DNA of 59,405 nt, taken from [Clostridium] aminophilum. GTDB taxonomy: Bacteria; Bacillota; Clostridia; Lachnospirales; Lachnospiraceae. A program made the translations under genes and the position numbers. This document shows, piece after piece, positions 9,688-19,353 of this stretch (within the stretch, counting starts at the first letter, position 1; each line of letters starts with the position of its first letter). The stretch lies in assembly GCF_900101295.1 (NCBI RefSeq), contig NZ_FOIL01000015.1:1-59405 (forward strand), read 5' to 3'. The notes under the pieces are model-generated. The model had not been told where the DNA came from. It saw only the letters and a list, made by a program, of their open reading frames with translations, and did not search any database.

Positions 9688-10626
9688 ATGGCAAAACCTC
9701 TTGTATACATCGACGGACAGTCCGGAACAACGGGACTTCAGATTGCAGACAGACTTGGCAGCAGAACCGATATTGAGCTTTTGAAGATTTCGGACGAGAA
9801 GCACCGGGATGTGGAAGAGAGAAAGAGAATCATGAATGAGGCGGATATCGTGTTTTTCTGTCTGCCGGATGACGCGGCAAAGGAGGCCGCGGAGCTGGTG
9901 GTGAATCCCAAGACTCGCATCATTGACGCAGCGACCGTTCACCGTGTTGCCCCGGGCTGGGACTACGGGATTCCGGAACTCTCCGGGGAAAGAAGAGCAG
10001 CCATTGCGGCATCGAAGCGGGTGGCAAACCCGGGATGCCACGCCTCCGGCTTTGTGATTCCGGTCTACGCGCTGGTGGAAATGGGCGTGATCCCGAAGGA
10101 TCTTCCGCTGACCGCATTTTCCCTGACCGGTTACTCCGGCGGCGGAAAGAAGATGATCGCGGAGTATGAGGACGAAAACCGTCCGGCGGAGCTCTCAAGC
10201 CCGAGAATCTACGGACTGACCCTGAAGCACAAGCACATCCCGGAAATGCAGAAGATCTGCGGACTGACCCATGCGCCGGTATTTCTTCCGGTGGTGGATG
10301 ATTACTACAAGGGAATGGCAGTTACGCTGATGCTCCACAACAGCCAGCTCACCGGCGTAAAGAGTGCGCAGGATGTTCAGAAGAAACTGGAGGAGTGGTA
10401 TGCGGACGCAAAGATGGTGCAGGTCCACGGTTTTGGTTATGACGGCATGATTGCGGCCAATACCCTTGCCGGAAGCGACAAAATGCAGCTGATCGTGAAC
10501 GGTCACGAGGATCAGACCATTGTGACCGCACTGTTTGACAATCTTGGAAAGGGAGCCAGCGGTTCCGCTGTCCAGAACATGAATATCATGCTCGGCTTCG
10601 ACGAGACAGCCGGACTGAATGTGTGA
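9688..10626 (+). CDS. argC: N-acetyl-gamma-glutamyl-phosphate reductase (short, type 2 form)
   Basis: 312 aa. Rossmann N-terminus IDGQSGTTG. Active-site Cys in ANPGCHASG. Confidence 0.88.
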   Translation: MAKPLVYIDGQSGTTGLQIADRLGSRTDIELLKISDEKHRDVEERKRIMNEADIVFFCLPDDAAKEAAELVVNPKTRIIDAATVHRVAPGWDYGIPELSGERRAAIAASKRVANPGCHASGFVIPVYALVEMGVIPKDLPLTAFSLTGYSGGGKKMIAEYEDENRPAELSSPRIYGLTLKHKHIPEMQKICGLTHAPVFLPVVDDYYKGMAVTLMLHNSQLTGVKSAQDVQKKLEEWYADAKMVQVHGFGYDGMIAANTLAGSDKMQLIVNGHEDQTIVTALFDNLGKGASGSAVQNMNIMLGFDETAGLNV

Positions 10627-10706
10627 CGGCGCCGGATGATATCCGGGACCACGATCACAGAGAAACCGACAGGACAGGAACCGAAACAGAGTCAGGAGGA
10701 AAAGAT

Positions 10707-11573
10707 ATGACCATTATGCCGGAAGAGAGAGCAAAGATACTGGTTGAGGCGCTCCCGTATATTCAGGAATATACCGGACAGATCATTGTTGTGAAATACG
10801 GCGGAAACGCCATGACAAGCGAAGAACTGAAGCAGGATGTCATCAAGGACATCGTTCTTCTGAATATGCTGGGAATCCATGTGGTTCTGGTGCACGGAGG
10901 CGGCCCGGAGATCAGCGCGATGCTGAAGAAAATCGGACACGAATCGAAGTTCATCAACGGACTCCGTTACACCGATCAGGTGACCATGGACATCGTTCAG
11001 CAGATTCTCTGCGGAAAGGTCAATAAGAATCTGGTCAGCCTTCTGGACAAGGCAGGCGGCCACGGCGTGGGCCTCGGCGGTATGGACGGCGGTCTCTTCC
11101 GCGCAGTGAAGAAGGTGGATCCGGACGGAACCGATTACGGTCAGGTCGGAGATATTGTGGAGGTTCATCCGGAGATTGTGACGGATCTTCTGGCAAAGGG
11201 ATATATCCCGGTTGTGTCTTCGGTGGCAGCAGGCATGAATGATGACGAGAACTTTAACATCAATGCCGATACCGCAGCGGAGAAACTTGCCGTTGCACTC
11301 CACGCAAAGAAACTCATTCTTCTCACGGATGTCAAGGGGCTTCTCCGCGATCCGAAGGACGACAGCACCCTGATCCCGGAGCTGAAGGTTTCACAGGTTC
11401 CGGCACTGATCACGCAGGGCATCATTTCCGGAGGAATGATTCCGAAAGTGGACTGCTGTGTCGAGGCGGTACGTCAGGGCGTCGAGAGAGCAAACATTCA
11501 GGACGGCCGTGTGCCGCATTCCATCCTGATCGAGCTTCTGAGCTCCGAGGGTGTCGGAACCATGTTCTCATAA
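10707..11573 (+). CDS. argB: Acetylglutamate kinase
   Basis: Amino-acid kinase family motifs (IVVKYGGNAM, VLVHGGGPEI). An SD AGGAGGAAAAG precedes the ATG at 10707. The track ORF is extended upstream to 10623. Confidence 0.9.
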   Translation: MTIMPEERAKILVEALPYIQEYTGQIIVVKYGGNAMTSEELKQDVIKDIVLLNMLGIHVVLVHGGGPEISAMLKKIGHESKFINGLRYTDQVTMDIVQQILCGKVNKNLVSLLDKAGGHGVGLGGMDGGLFRAVKKVDPDGTDYGQVGDIVEVHPEIVTDLLAKGYIPVVSSVAAGMNDDENFNINADTAAEKLAVALHAKKLILLTDVKGLLRDPKDDSTLIPELKVSQVPALITQGIISGGMIPKVDCCVEAVRQGVERANIQDGRVPHSILIELLSSEGVGTMFS

Positions 11574-11600
11574 GTGCGGAAGAAAAGGGGGAGAAGAACG

Positions 11601-12788
11601 ATGAGTTTTCAGGAAATCAAAGATCGCGAGGCAACCTATGTCATGCAGACTTACGGCCGTTTTCCGGTGTGCTTCGATCACGGCGAGGGAGCGGTTCTTG
11701 TGGATGTTGACGGAAAAGAGTATGTGGATCTGACCAGCGGAATCGGTGTCAACTGTCTCGGTTATCACAACCCGAAGGTGACGGCGGCGGTGACGGAGCA
11801 GGCGAACAAGCTGATGCATGTCTCCAACCTTTACTATACCGAGCCGATGATCGACGCGGCGGAAAAACTGGTGAAAGCGACCGGCATGTCCCGCGTGTTC
11901 TTCGGAAACTCCGGCGCCGAGGCGAATGAGGGCATGATCAAGATCGCCCGCAAATATTCTCATGACAAATACGGCGAGGGCCGCAGCAAGATCGTAACGC
12001 TGGTGAATTCCTTCCACGGCCGTACCATCACCACACTGAAGGCCACCGGGCAGGAGCATTTCCACCATGATTTCTTCCCCTTTACCGAGGGATTCGATTA
12101 TGCGGAGGCCAATGATCTCGAGGATCTGAAGAAGAAAGCCGGAAAGGATACCTGCGGCGTGATGATGGAGCTGATTCAGGGGGAATCCGGCGTCCGCCCG
12201 CTGGATGCGGATTACGTGAAGGCGGCCTGCGAATTCTGCCGTGAAAACGACATTCTGTTCATGGTGGATGAGGTGCAGACCGGAATCGGGAGAAGCGGAG
12301 CGCTGTTCTCCTTCCAGAAATTCGGCGTGAAACCGGATGTGGTCAGCATGGCGAAGGGCCTCGGCGGCGGCCTTCCCATCGGCGCGGTCATGGTAGGCGA
12401 AAAGTGTGCGGATGTTCTCGGCAAGGGTGACCACGGAAGCACCTTCGGAGGAAGCCCCATGAGCTGTGCGGCGGCGTGTGCCGTTCTGGACGAGGTCACA
12501 AAGCCGGAATTTCTTGAGGAAGTGGAAAAGAAGGGCGAATACCTGAAAGAAAGTATCCTGGCCATCGGTTCTCCGGAGATTACGGATGTCCGCGGCATGG
12601 GTCTTATGCTCGGAATTGTGTTGAAGAATCCGGAAAACAGGCTTAAAATTGTAGGAGAACTTTTAAACCAGGGAGTAATGGTTCTGACAGCAGGTGAGGA
12701 TGTCATCCGTCTTCTTCCGCCGCTTGTCATTACCAGAGAGGAAATGGACCGCGCGGTAGCGGTTATGAAAAAGGTATTCGGATCATGA
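11601..12788 (+). CDS. argD: Acetylornithine aminotransferase (class III PLP aminotransferase)
   Basis: Class III aminotransferase fold. PLP-lysine region DEVQTGIGRSGALFSFQKFGVKPDVVSMAKGLGGG. An SD lies upstream of MSFQEIKD at 11601. Confidence 0.9.
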   Translation: MSFQEIKDREATYVMQTYGRFPVCFDHGEGAVLVDVDGKEYVDLTSGIGVNCLGYHNPKVTAAVTEQANKLMHVSNLYYTEPMIDAAEKLVKATGMSRVFFGNSGAEANEGMIKIARKYSHDKYGEGRSKIVTLVNSFHGRTITTLKATGQEHFHHDFFPFTEGFDYAEANDLEDLKKKAGKDTCGVMMELIQGESGVRPLDADYVKAACEFCRENDILFMVDEVQTGIGRSGALFSFQKFGVKPDVVSMAKGLGGGLPIGAVMVGEKCADVLGKGDHGSTFGGSPMSCAAACAVLDEVTKPEFLEEVEKKGEYLKESILAIGSPEITDVRGMGLMLGIVLKNPENRLKIVGELLNQGVMVLTAGEDVIRLLPPLVITREEMDRAVAVMKKVFGS

Positions 12789-13732
12789 ACAATCTGTTAA
12801 GACTTGTGGACTGCACTCCGGAAGAGATCACACAGATTCTCGATCTTGCGGATCAGCTGAAATATGAGAGCAGACACGGTATTGCTCACACGAGACTGTC
12901 CGGAAAATCGCTGGGCCTGATCTTCCACACGGCGTCCACCAGAACGAGAGTTTCGTTTGAGACCGGCATTTATCAGCTGGGCGGCCAGTCACAGTATCTG
13001 TCCGCCGATGACATGCAGATTTTCAACGGAGAACCGGTTCAGGATACGGCGAGGACACTTTCCCGTTATCTGAGCGGAGTGGTCATTCGTACCAGAAGGC
13101 AGCAGGAACTGGAAGCGTTCGCCAGATACAGCACGGTGCCGATCATCAACGGTATGACGGACCTCGCGCATCCCTGCCAGGTTCTGGCCGATCTCATGAC
13201 AATCCGGGAGAAATACGGCGTGCTGAACGGCCTGAACGCGGCGTACGTCGGCTCCGGCAACAACGTCTGCAATTCCTTTATCGTCGGTGCACTGAAGATG
13301 GGCATGAAGGTTCGCGTTGCGACTCCGCCGGGATACGGTCCGGACAACATTGCAAAGGATTTTGCAAAGGGCAATCCGGACTGTGAGTATTCCTACTCCC
13401 CGACCGAAGCGGTGAAGGATGCGGATGTGGTGGTGACCGGTTCGCTTCTTCCTCCGGGAGAAAAAGCGTCCACCGTTCAGATGCAGAAAGTCTTCCGCGG
13501 TTTTACGGTCAGCGAGCATATGCTCTCCGCCGCAAAACCGGATGTGCTGCTTCTGCACAGTCTGCCGGCCAACCGCGGATTTGAGATCACGGAAGAGACC
13601 TTTGAGAAACATGCGGAAGAGATCTTTGAGGAGGCGGAAAACCGTCTTCACGTGCAAAAGGCCGCCATGGTGCTTCTGATGGGCCGGGGCGCCGGCAGGA
13701 TTGAACCGATGAAAAAAGAAAAATTCGAGTAA
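12785..13732 (+). CDS. argF: Ornithine carbamoyltransferase-family protein with a non-canonical ornithine-binding loop (see findings)
   Basis: STRTR, HPCQ and an HSLP (HCLP-like) motif are present. The canonical DxxxSMG loop is replaced by DVVVTGSLLPPGEK. The gene is translationally coupled to argD (ATGA overlap). Confidence 0.8.
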   Translation: MNNLLRLVDCTPEEITQILDLADQLKYESRHGIAHTRLSGKSLGLIFHTASTRTRVSFETGIYQLGGQSQYLSADDMQIFNGEPVQDTARTLSRYLSGVVIRTRRQQELEAFARYSTVPIINGMTDLAHPCQVLADLMTIREKYGVLNGLNAAYVGSGNNVCNSFIVGALKMGMKVRVATPPGYGPDNIAKDFAKGNPDCEYSYSPTEAVKDADVVVTGSLLPPGEKASTVQMQKVFRGFTVSEHMLSAAKPDVLLLHSLPANRGFEITEETFEKHAEEIFEEAENRLHVQKAAMVLLMGRGAGRIEPMKKEKFE

Positions 13733-13741
13733 AGCGAGAGG

Positions 13742-13775
13742 CAGGTGTCCGAAACGGGACATCTGCTTTTCGGCC
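13742..13775 (+). terminator. Probable intrinsic terminator of the arg operon
   Basis: A hairpin aggtgtcc-gaaac-gggacatct is followed by GCTTTTCGG. A second T-run lies at 13790. Confidence 0.45.
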
Positions 13776-13824
13776 TGCAAAAGAGGAGTTTTTTTCTGCT
13801 TATCCGCAGAAGAAGGAGGACATT

Positions 13825-15186
13825 ATGGGACTGATTCAGGTTGCGGCAGCTTCGGCCGGAACAGTGCTGGCTGACCAGTGGAAAGAGTATTTCTACTGCC
13901 CGTCGCTGGACAATGATACACTGGCGGTAAAGGGACAGGTCAGACAGCAGAAGAGGGCATTCAACACCAAACGAACCGACAATATCATTTCACAGGGATC
14001 CATTGTCACGGTCAATGACGGCCAGTGCATGATCATCGTCGATCAGGGTGAGATCGTGGAGATCTGCGCGGAGCCGGGCGCATTTCAGTATGATCAGTCC
14101 ACCGAGCCGAGTATCTTTTACGGGGACCTGAAAGAGAGCGTCAAGGAGAGCTTTCGGCGCTTTGCACACCGCGTCGGCTTCGGCGGCGATACGGGCAATG
14201 ATCAGAGAGTGTATTATTTCAACACAAAAGATATTATCGGAAACAAATACGGCACGGCGACACCGATCCCGTTCCGCGTGGTGGACCGCAACATCGGACT
14301 GGATATGGATATCGCGATCCGCTGTCACGGCGAATACGCGTTCCGCATTACGGACCCGATCCTCTTTTATAAGAACATCTGCGGCAATGTGGAGAATGAT
14401 TATACGAAAGACCGGATTGAATCCCAGATGCGCAGCGAACTCCTGACTGCGCTTCAGCCGGCATTTGCAAAGATTTCGGAGATGGGCGTCCGCTACAGTG
14501 CCGTTCCGGCACATTCCATGGAACTTGGAAGGGCGCTGGATCAGGAACTGACGGAGAATTGGGGCGGACATTACGGAATCTCCATCACGGCAATCGGCGT
14601 CAATTCCATCACGGCTTCCGAGGAGGACGAGAAGACCATCAAGGAACTGCAGAAGAACGCGGTTCTCTCCAATCCGGCGATGGCGGCGGCACATCTGACG
14701 GCAGCACAGGCAGACGCCATGAAGGCAGCCGCCGCCAACACGTCCGCGGGACCGATGATGGCCTTTGCCGGGATGAACATGGCCAATATGGCCGGCGGAA
14801 TGAACGCGGGAAATCTGTTTGGAATGGCGGCACAGCAGGCAGCGGCACAGCAGGCAGCGCAGAGCGCGCCGGCGGGGATGGCCGGTGCACCGGCAGCATC
14901 CGCTTCGGCCGCCTGGGACTGTGCCTGCGGACATAAGGGCAACACCGGTAAATTCTGCTCGGAATGCGGAAAAGAGAGACCGCAGACGGGAGACCTGTTC
15001 TGGACCTGTTCCTGCGGCGCAAAAAACAAGGGCAAATTCTGCTCCGAGTGCGGAAAGGCGAAACCGGCCGGAATACCGCAGTACCGCTGTGATAAATGCG
15101 GCTGGGAGCCGGAAGATCCGGCCAGACCGCCGAAGTTCTGCCCGAACTGCGGCGACCCGTTTGATGACGGAGACATTGTCAGATGA
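13825..15186 (+). CDS. SPFH/Band-7 family protein (Band_7_1/YdjI-like) with an Ala/Gln-rich linker and four C-terminal zinc-ribbon motifs
   Basis: The N-terminal roughly 290 aa have the Band_7_1 pattern (WKEYFYCP...SQGSIVTVNDGQCMIIVDQGEIVEI). A low-complexity AAQQAAQ linker follows. The C-terminus carries CxCG...CSECG x2 and CDKCG...CPNCG zinc ribbons. Confidence 0.75.
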   Translation: MGLIQVAAASAGTVLADQWKEYFYCPSLDNDTLAVKGQVRQQKRAFNTKRTDNIISQGSIVTVNDGQCMIIVDQGEIVEICAEPGAFQYDQSTEPSIFYGDLKESVKESFRRFAHRVGFGGDTGNDQRVYYFNTKDIIGNKYGTATPIPFRVVDRNIGLDMDIAIRCHGEYAFRITDPILFYKNICGNVENDYTKDRIESQMRSELLTALQPAFAKISEMGVRYSAVPAHSMELGRALDQELTENWGGHYGISITAIGVNSITASEEDEKTIKELQKNAVLSNPAMAAAHLTAAQADAMKAAAANTSAGPMMAFAGMNMANMAGGMNAGNLFGMAAQQAAAQQAAQSAPAGMAGAPAASASAAWDCACGHKGNTGKFCSECGKERPQTGDLFWTCSCGAKNKGKFCSECGKAKPAGIPQYRCDKCGWEPEDPARPPKFCPNCGDPFDDGDIVR

Positions 15187-15288
15187 TCGGATGAGGCAAA
15201 CCTGGGAAGAATTATGTTCAAACTCTCTTTGATACTTCGGATACGTGCCTTGAATCATACATTCCGTGTCTGAGACAGGAGGAAACCA

Positions 15289-16443
15289 ATGGACGAGACC
15301 ACAAAGACGACGGAGACCTCCGGCGGATACCCGGATGCGGGATTGGAAGAGCCGAAGGAGGCCAGACAGGTCGAAGAGTCGAATAAAAAGTGTCCGCAGT
15401 GCGGAGCTCCTCTGATCTTTGATCCGAAGAGCTCCCGGCTGAAATGTGAGTTCTGCGGGTATGAAGAAGAGATCGAGGAAGACCGGGAACCGGACCGGCC
15501 GGAGGTGCTGGATTACGAGCATTCAGAGGAGACGGCATCCACGGACTGGGGACTGGAGACAAGAACGGTTGTCTGCCGTTCCTGCGGTGCCAGAAGCGTC
15601 TACGATGTCAATGCCATCGCGCAGGTCTGCCCGTACTGCGGAAGCACGCAGATTGTGGAAGCCGGCGATGCGGAGCAGAACGTCATGGCGCCGGGGGGCG
15701 TGATTCCTTTCGCCGTCGCCCGGAAGGAAGCGGCAGGACGGTTTACGCGGTGGATTAACGGAAAACTGTTCTGCCCGTCGCAGGCGAAGCAGAGCGCGCG
15801 GCCGGACGCATTTCAGGGCGTCTATCTTCCGTACTGGTCTTTTGACGCCGATTCTCACTCAGTTTATACCGGCCGATACGGGAGAGAGCGGACCGTGCAT
15901 AGCTCGGACGGAAAAAAGACACAGGTTGTGGTGGACTGGCATTCGACACGCGGCGAATTCTCCCTCCCGGTCCGGGATCAGATCGTCTGCGCATCGACCA
16001 AAAACAGTCAGGCGATGATCCGCGGGGTAGAACCGTTCCGGATGGAAGAGGCGGTGGTTTACAAGCCGGATTATCTTGCGGGATTTACGGCGGAGCGTTA
16101 TACCGTCCGCATGAAGGATGCATGGACTGAGGCAAAGGATATCCTTGAATCAAGAATGCGGAGTGAAGCGGCTGGGCGGATCCGGAGCCAGCATGTCTGT
16201 GACCGTGCGGAGGTCACCTCGATCCGGACGGATTATTCCGGGATCGGCTACCGTTATATTCTGCTTCCGGTCTGGATGTCATCCTTCCGCTACGGCGATA
16301 AAGTATACCGCTTTGTGGTCAACGGACAGACGGGCCGCGTCAGCGGCGATACGCCGGTTTCGGCTCTTCGCGTCGCAGCCGCGATTCTGATCGGTCTGGC
16401 CGTGGCATTCATTCTCTACTATCTGATCAACGGCGGTTTCTGA
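15289..16443 (+). CDS. Membrane protein with two N-terminal zinc-ribbon pairs and a single C-terminal TM helix (YdjG-like partner of the SPFH protein)
   Basis: CPQCG...CEFCG and CRSCG...CPYCG are followed by a roughly 250-aa soluble domain and a C-terminal hydrophobic helix LRVAAAILIGLAVAFILYYLI. It is co-directional with the SPFH gene and 100 bp downstream of it. Confidence 0.65.
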   Translation: MDETTKTTETSGGYPDAGLEEPKEARQVEESNKKCPQCGAPLIFDPKSSRLKCEFCGYEEEIEEDREPDRPEVLDYEHSEETASTDWGLETRTVVCRSCGARSVYDVNAIAQVCPYCGSTQIVEAGDAEQNVMAPGGVIPFAVARKEAAGRFTRWINGKLFCPSQAKQSARPDAFQGVYLPYWSFDADSHSVYTGRYGRERTVHSSDGKKTQVVVDWHSTRGEFSLPVRDQIVCASTKNSQAMIRGVEPFRMEEAVVYKPDYLAGFTAERYTVRMKDAWTEAKDILESRMRSEAAGRIRSQHVCDRAEVTSIRTDYSGIGYRYILLPVWMSSFRYGDKVYRFVVNGQTGRVSGDTPVSALRVAAAILIGLAVAFILYYLINGGF

Positions 16444-16532
16444 CCGAAACAGGTTATATTTCCGCTGCAAACTGTACAAAAATACGGTGCGGAGTGAATA
16501 TTGCGGTGTAAATTTGTTGAAATCATATCTGA

Positions 16533-16560
16533 TTGACAAGAATTTGACGTATGTTATAAT
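16533..16560 (+). promoter_or_regulatory. Sigma-A-type promoter of the rex-acpS-nnr operon
   Basis: TTGACA (16533-16538), a 16-nt spacer, then an extended -10 TGtTATAAT (16552-16560). A GC-rich structured leader (16563-16690) follows. Confidence 0.6.
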
Positions 16561-16693
16561 CAAAACTGACTAATCAGAGACGGGTCCCGCTTTGCGGGGT
16601 GCCGGGCGTTTGGCGTCAGCCGTCAGGGCCTTGTATCGTAAAGGACGAGGGCCGGCAGGCCGGTACGCGTAAATCAAAGTCTGTATGTCATAG

Positions 16694-17404
16694 ATGGATT
16701 TTGACAGAGAGAAGGTTTTAAAAGTGGAGCAGCAGAAGACAATTTCAAAGGCGGTAATCACTAGACTTCCGCGGTATTACCGGTATCTTGGAGAACTGAT
16801 TGAAGAAGGCGTTGAGCGGATTTCTTCCAATGATCTCAGTGTGCGGATGAAAGTTACGGCTTCCCAGATCCGTCAGGATCTTAACAATTTCGGCGGATTC
16901 GGGCAGCAGGGATACGGGTACAATGTAAAATATCTGTACTCGGAGATTGCCAAGATTCTGGGAATTGACCGTCAGCACAATCTGATCATTATCGGTGCCG
17001 GGAATCTCGGTCAGGCAATTGCCAATTACGCGAACTTTGAAAAACGGGGTTTTGTGCTGAAGGGAATGTTTGACGTAAACCCCCGTCTGGTGGGTCTTGT
17101 GGTCCGCGGCGTGGAAATTCGCGGAATCGATGATCTGGAAAACTTTATTCATGAGAATAACGTGCAGATTGCAGCGCTCACGATTCCGAAATCAAAAGCG
17201 GCGGAGATTGCACAGAGACTGGTGAATTCGGGCATTAAGGCAATCTGGAATTTTGCCCATGTGGATCTTCAGGTTCCGGATGATGTTGTTGTGGAGAATG
17301 TTCACTTGTCAGAGAGCCTGATGCGTCTGTCCTATCGTGTCTGTTCGCTTCAGGACAGGATGAAGCAGGAAGCCGAAAAGCTTCGAGAGATGGAAAATCA
17401 ATGA
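16694..17404 (+). CDS. rex: Redox-sensing transcriptional repressor Rex
   Basis: N-terminal winged-helix with RLPRYYRYL. The Rossmann NADH-binding domain has IIGAGNLGQA. Confidence 0.9.
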   Translation: MDFDREKVLKVEQQKTISKAVITRLPRYYRYLGELIEEGVERISSNDLSVRMKVTASQIRQDLNNFGGFGQQGYGYNVKYLYSEIAKILGIDRQHNLIIIGAGNLGQAIANYANFEKRGFVLKGMFDVNPRLVGLVVRGVEIRGIDDLENFIHENNVQIAALTIPKSKAAEIAQRLVNSGIKAIWNFAHVDLQVPDDVVVENVHLSESLMRLSYRVCSLQDRMKQEAEKLREMENQ

Positions 17405-17772
17405 TTGCTGGAATCGGAATCGATACAACAGAGATAGAACGTATGGAACATGCCTGCCGGAGGGAGACCTTTGTTTTGCGTGTCTTTACGGAGAATGAGC
17501 GCCGACAGGCCGGGGGCAGCAGCTCGCGGCTTGCCGGCGATTTTGCGGTTAAAGAAGCGGTTTCCAAGGCGCTGGGAACCGGATTTCGGGATTTCGGTCC
17601 GACGGACATCGAAGCGCTTCGCGACGAACTCGGCGCACCGTACTGCGTTCTCTACGGCAAAGCGAAAGAGCGGGCGGACAGTCTCGGTATTGTCCGGATT
17701 CATGTTTCTATTACCAATACAAAGACGGAGGCGACTGCATTTGCGGTTGCAGAAAGGCAGGATCAGCCATGA
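17401..17772 (+). CDS. acpS: Holo-[acyl-carrier-protein] synthase
   Basis: 123 aa. IAGIGIDTTEIER at the N-terminus is typical of AcpS. There is a 4-nt overlap with rex. Confidence 0.85.
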   Translation: MIAGIGIDTTEIERMEHACRRETFVLRVFTENERRQAGGSSSRLAGDFAVKEAVSKALGTGFRDFGPTDIEALRDELGAPYCVLYGKAKERADSLGIVRIHVSITNTKTEATAFAVAERQDQP

Positions 17773-19286
17773 GACATCTTGTTACCGGTGCTCAGATGAA
17801 AGAAATTGACGCGCATGCGATCCGCACCATCGGAATCCCTTCGCTGGTTCTGATGGAGCGGGCCGCCCTTTCCTGCTGTGACTGCGCGGAGAGGATCTTT
17901 CCGGAATGCTTCCGGAGAGAGCAAAAACAGCCGATTGTGATCCTTGCGGGAACCGGCAATAACGGCGCGGACGGCGCGGCGATGGCACGGATCTGGTCGC
18001 TTCGGGGGTACGAGACCATCATCGTCACAGTGGGCGATCCGGCCCGGTATACCGGGGAGATGCAGGAACAGCTGGACATTGCGGACCGGCTCGGCATTCC
18101 GGTTACTGCATGGAATGATTTTGAGGGCGGAGAATTTGTTCTTGCCGTGGACGCGCTTTTCGGTGTCGGTCTTTCACGGGATGTGGAGGGAGACTTTGCG
18201 GATGCGGTTTCATATCTGAACGCGCGAAGCGGCGGGACGGTTGTCGCCGTGGACCTGCCGAGCGGCGTGGACAGCAGAACCGGAGCCGTACTCGGCAGCG
18301 CGGTCCGCGCCGATCTTACCGTCACGTTCGGACTTGAGAAGACCGGAATGGTATTCTATCCGGGACACGAACTCTGCGGCCGGATCGAGATTGCGGACAT
18401 CGGATTTCCGGAATATAACGGTTATTCCGGAGAATGCTTCTTTGCGTACGATGCGGAGGATCTGAAACGGATTCCGCCGAGAAAAGCGGATTCCCACAAG
18501 GGAACATACGGAAAGGTTTTGATTGCGGCCGGATCGGAGGGAATGTGCGGGGCAGCATATTTTGCGGCCCTTGCGGCCTATCGGACCGGCGCGGGGCTCG
18601 TCCGCCTCTTTACGGTGCGGGCCAATGTCCCGGTTCTGCAGACCCTTCTTCCGGAGGCGATCATTACCGCTTATGATCCGGAAGAGGCGATGGAGGAGCC
18701 GGAGAATTTCAAGGAGATGGCGGAAGAAGCCTGCGAGTGGGCAACCGTGATCGTTCTTGGCCCGGGACTCGGAACCGGAAGACATGTGGAGAAACTTCTT
18801 CAGCATATTCTTCTGAGCGCATATGTTCCGATTATTCTTGACGCCGACGGTCTGAATGCGGTGGCGGAATATCCGCATCTGGCCGGCTATTTTACGGAAA
18901 ATGTCATCATCACGCCCCATATCGGCGAGATGACGCGCCTCACCGATCTGGACGCCGCGGAGATCAAGCGGGATCCGGTTAAATGCGCGAAAGAGTACAG
19001 CGAGGAGCACGGGGTGATCTGTGTGCTGAAGGATTCCGTGACGGTGGTTGCCCGGCATGACGGAACCGTTTTCCTCGGGGACAGCGGCAGCGGGGCCATG
19101 GCAAAGGGCGGCAGCGGCGACGTGCTTGCGGGAACCATTGCGGGGCTTACGGCTCTTGATCTGGAACTTGACGATGCCGCCTGCCTTGGAGTATATATAC
19201 ACGGAAAAGCCGGAACTCTCGCCGGAATCGAAAAAGGAGAGCACTCGGTGCTTGCGTCGGAGATTGCGGACCGGCTGATGAAATGA
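17769..19286 (+). CDS. nnr: Bifunctional NAD(P)H-hydrate repair enzyme (epimerase NnrE + ADP-dependent dehydratase NnrD; YjeF family)
   Basis: The N-terminal YjeF-N domain has GTGNNGADG. The C-terminal carbohydrate-kinase-like domain has GPGLG and GSGDVLAG. 505 aa. Confidence 0.88.
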   Translation: MRHLVTGAQMKEIDAHAIRTIGIPSLVLMERAALSCCDCAERIFPECFRREQKQPIVILAGTGNNGADGAAMARIWSLRGYETIIVTVGDPARYTGEMQEQLDIADRLGIPVTAWNDFEGGEFVLAVDALFGVGLSRDVEGDFADAVSYLNARSGGTVVAVDLPSGVDSRTGAVLGSAVRADLTVTFGLEKTGMVFYPGHELCGRIEIADIGFPEYNGYSGECFFAYDAEDLKRIPPRKADSHKGTYGKVLIAAGSEGMCGAAYFAALAAYRTGAGLVRLFTVRANVPVLQTLLPEAIITAYDPEEAMEEPENFKEMAEEACEWATVIVLGPGLGTGRHVEKLLQHILLSAYVPIILDADGLNAVAEYPHLAGYFTENVIITPHIGEMTRLTDLDAAEIKRDPVKCAKEYSEEHGVICVLKDSVTVVARHDGTVFLGDSGSGAMAKGGSGDVLAGTIAGLTALDLELDDAACLGVYIHGKAGTLAGIEKGEHSVLASEIADRLMK

Positions 19287-19353
19287 TGAAGATCATCTGA
19301 AAGAACTGATTTCAAAGAAACGCCGCGTTTTCAGGCAGTGAAGACGGCGGGGG

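Noticed and set aside
16563-16690. Riboswitch in the GC-rich rex leader
   Set aside because: It has stable hairpins (cccgc-tttg-cgggg) but no recognisable riboswitch consensus and no Rex operator (TTGTGAA-N6-TTCACAA) by eye. It was left as a structured leader.
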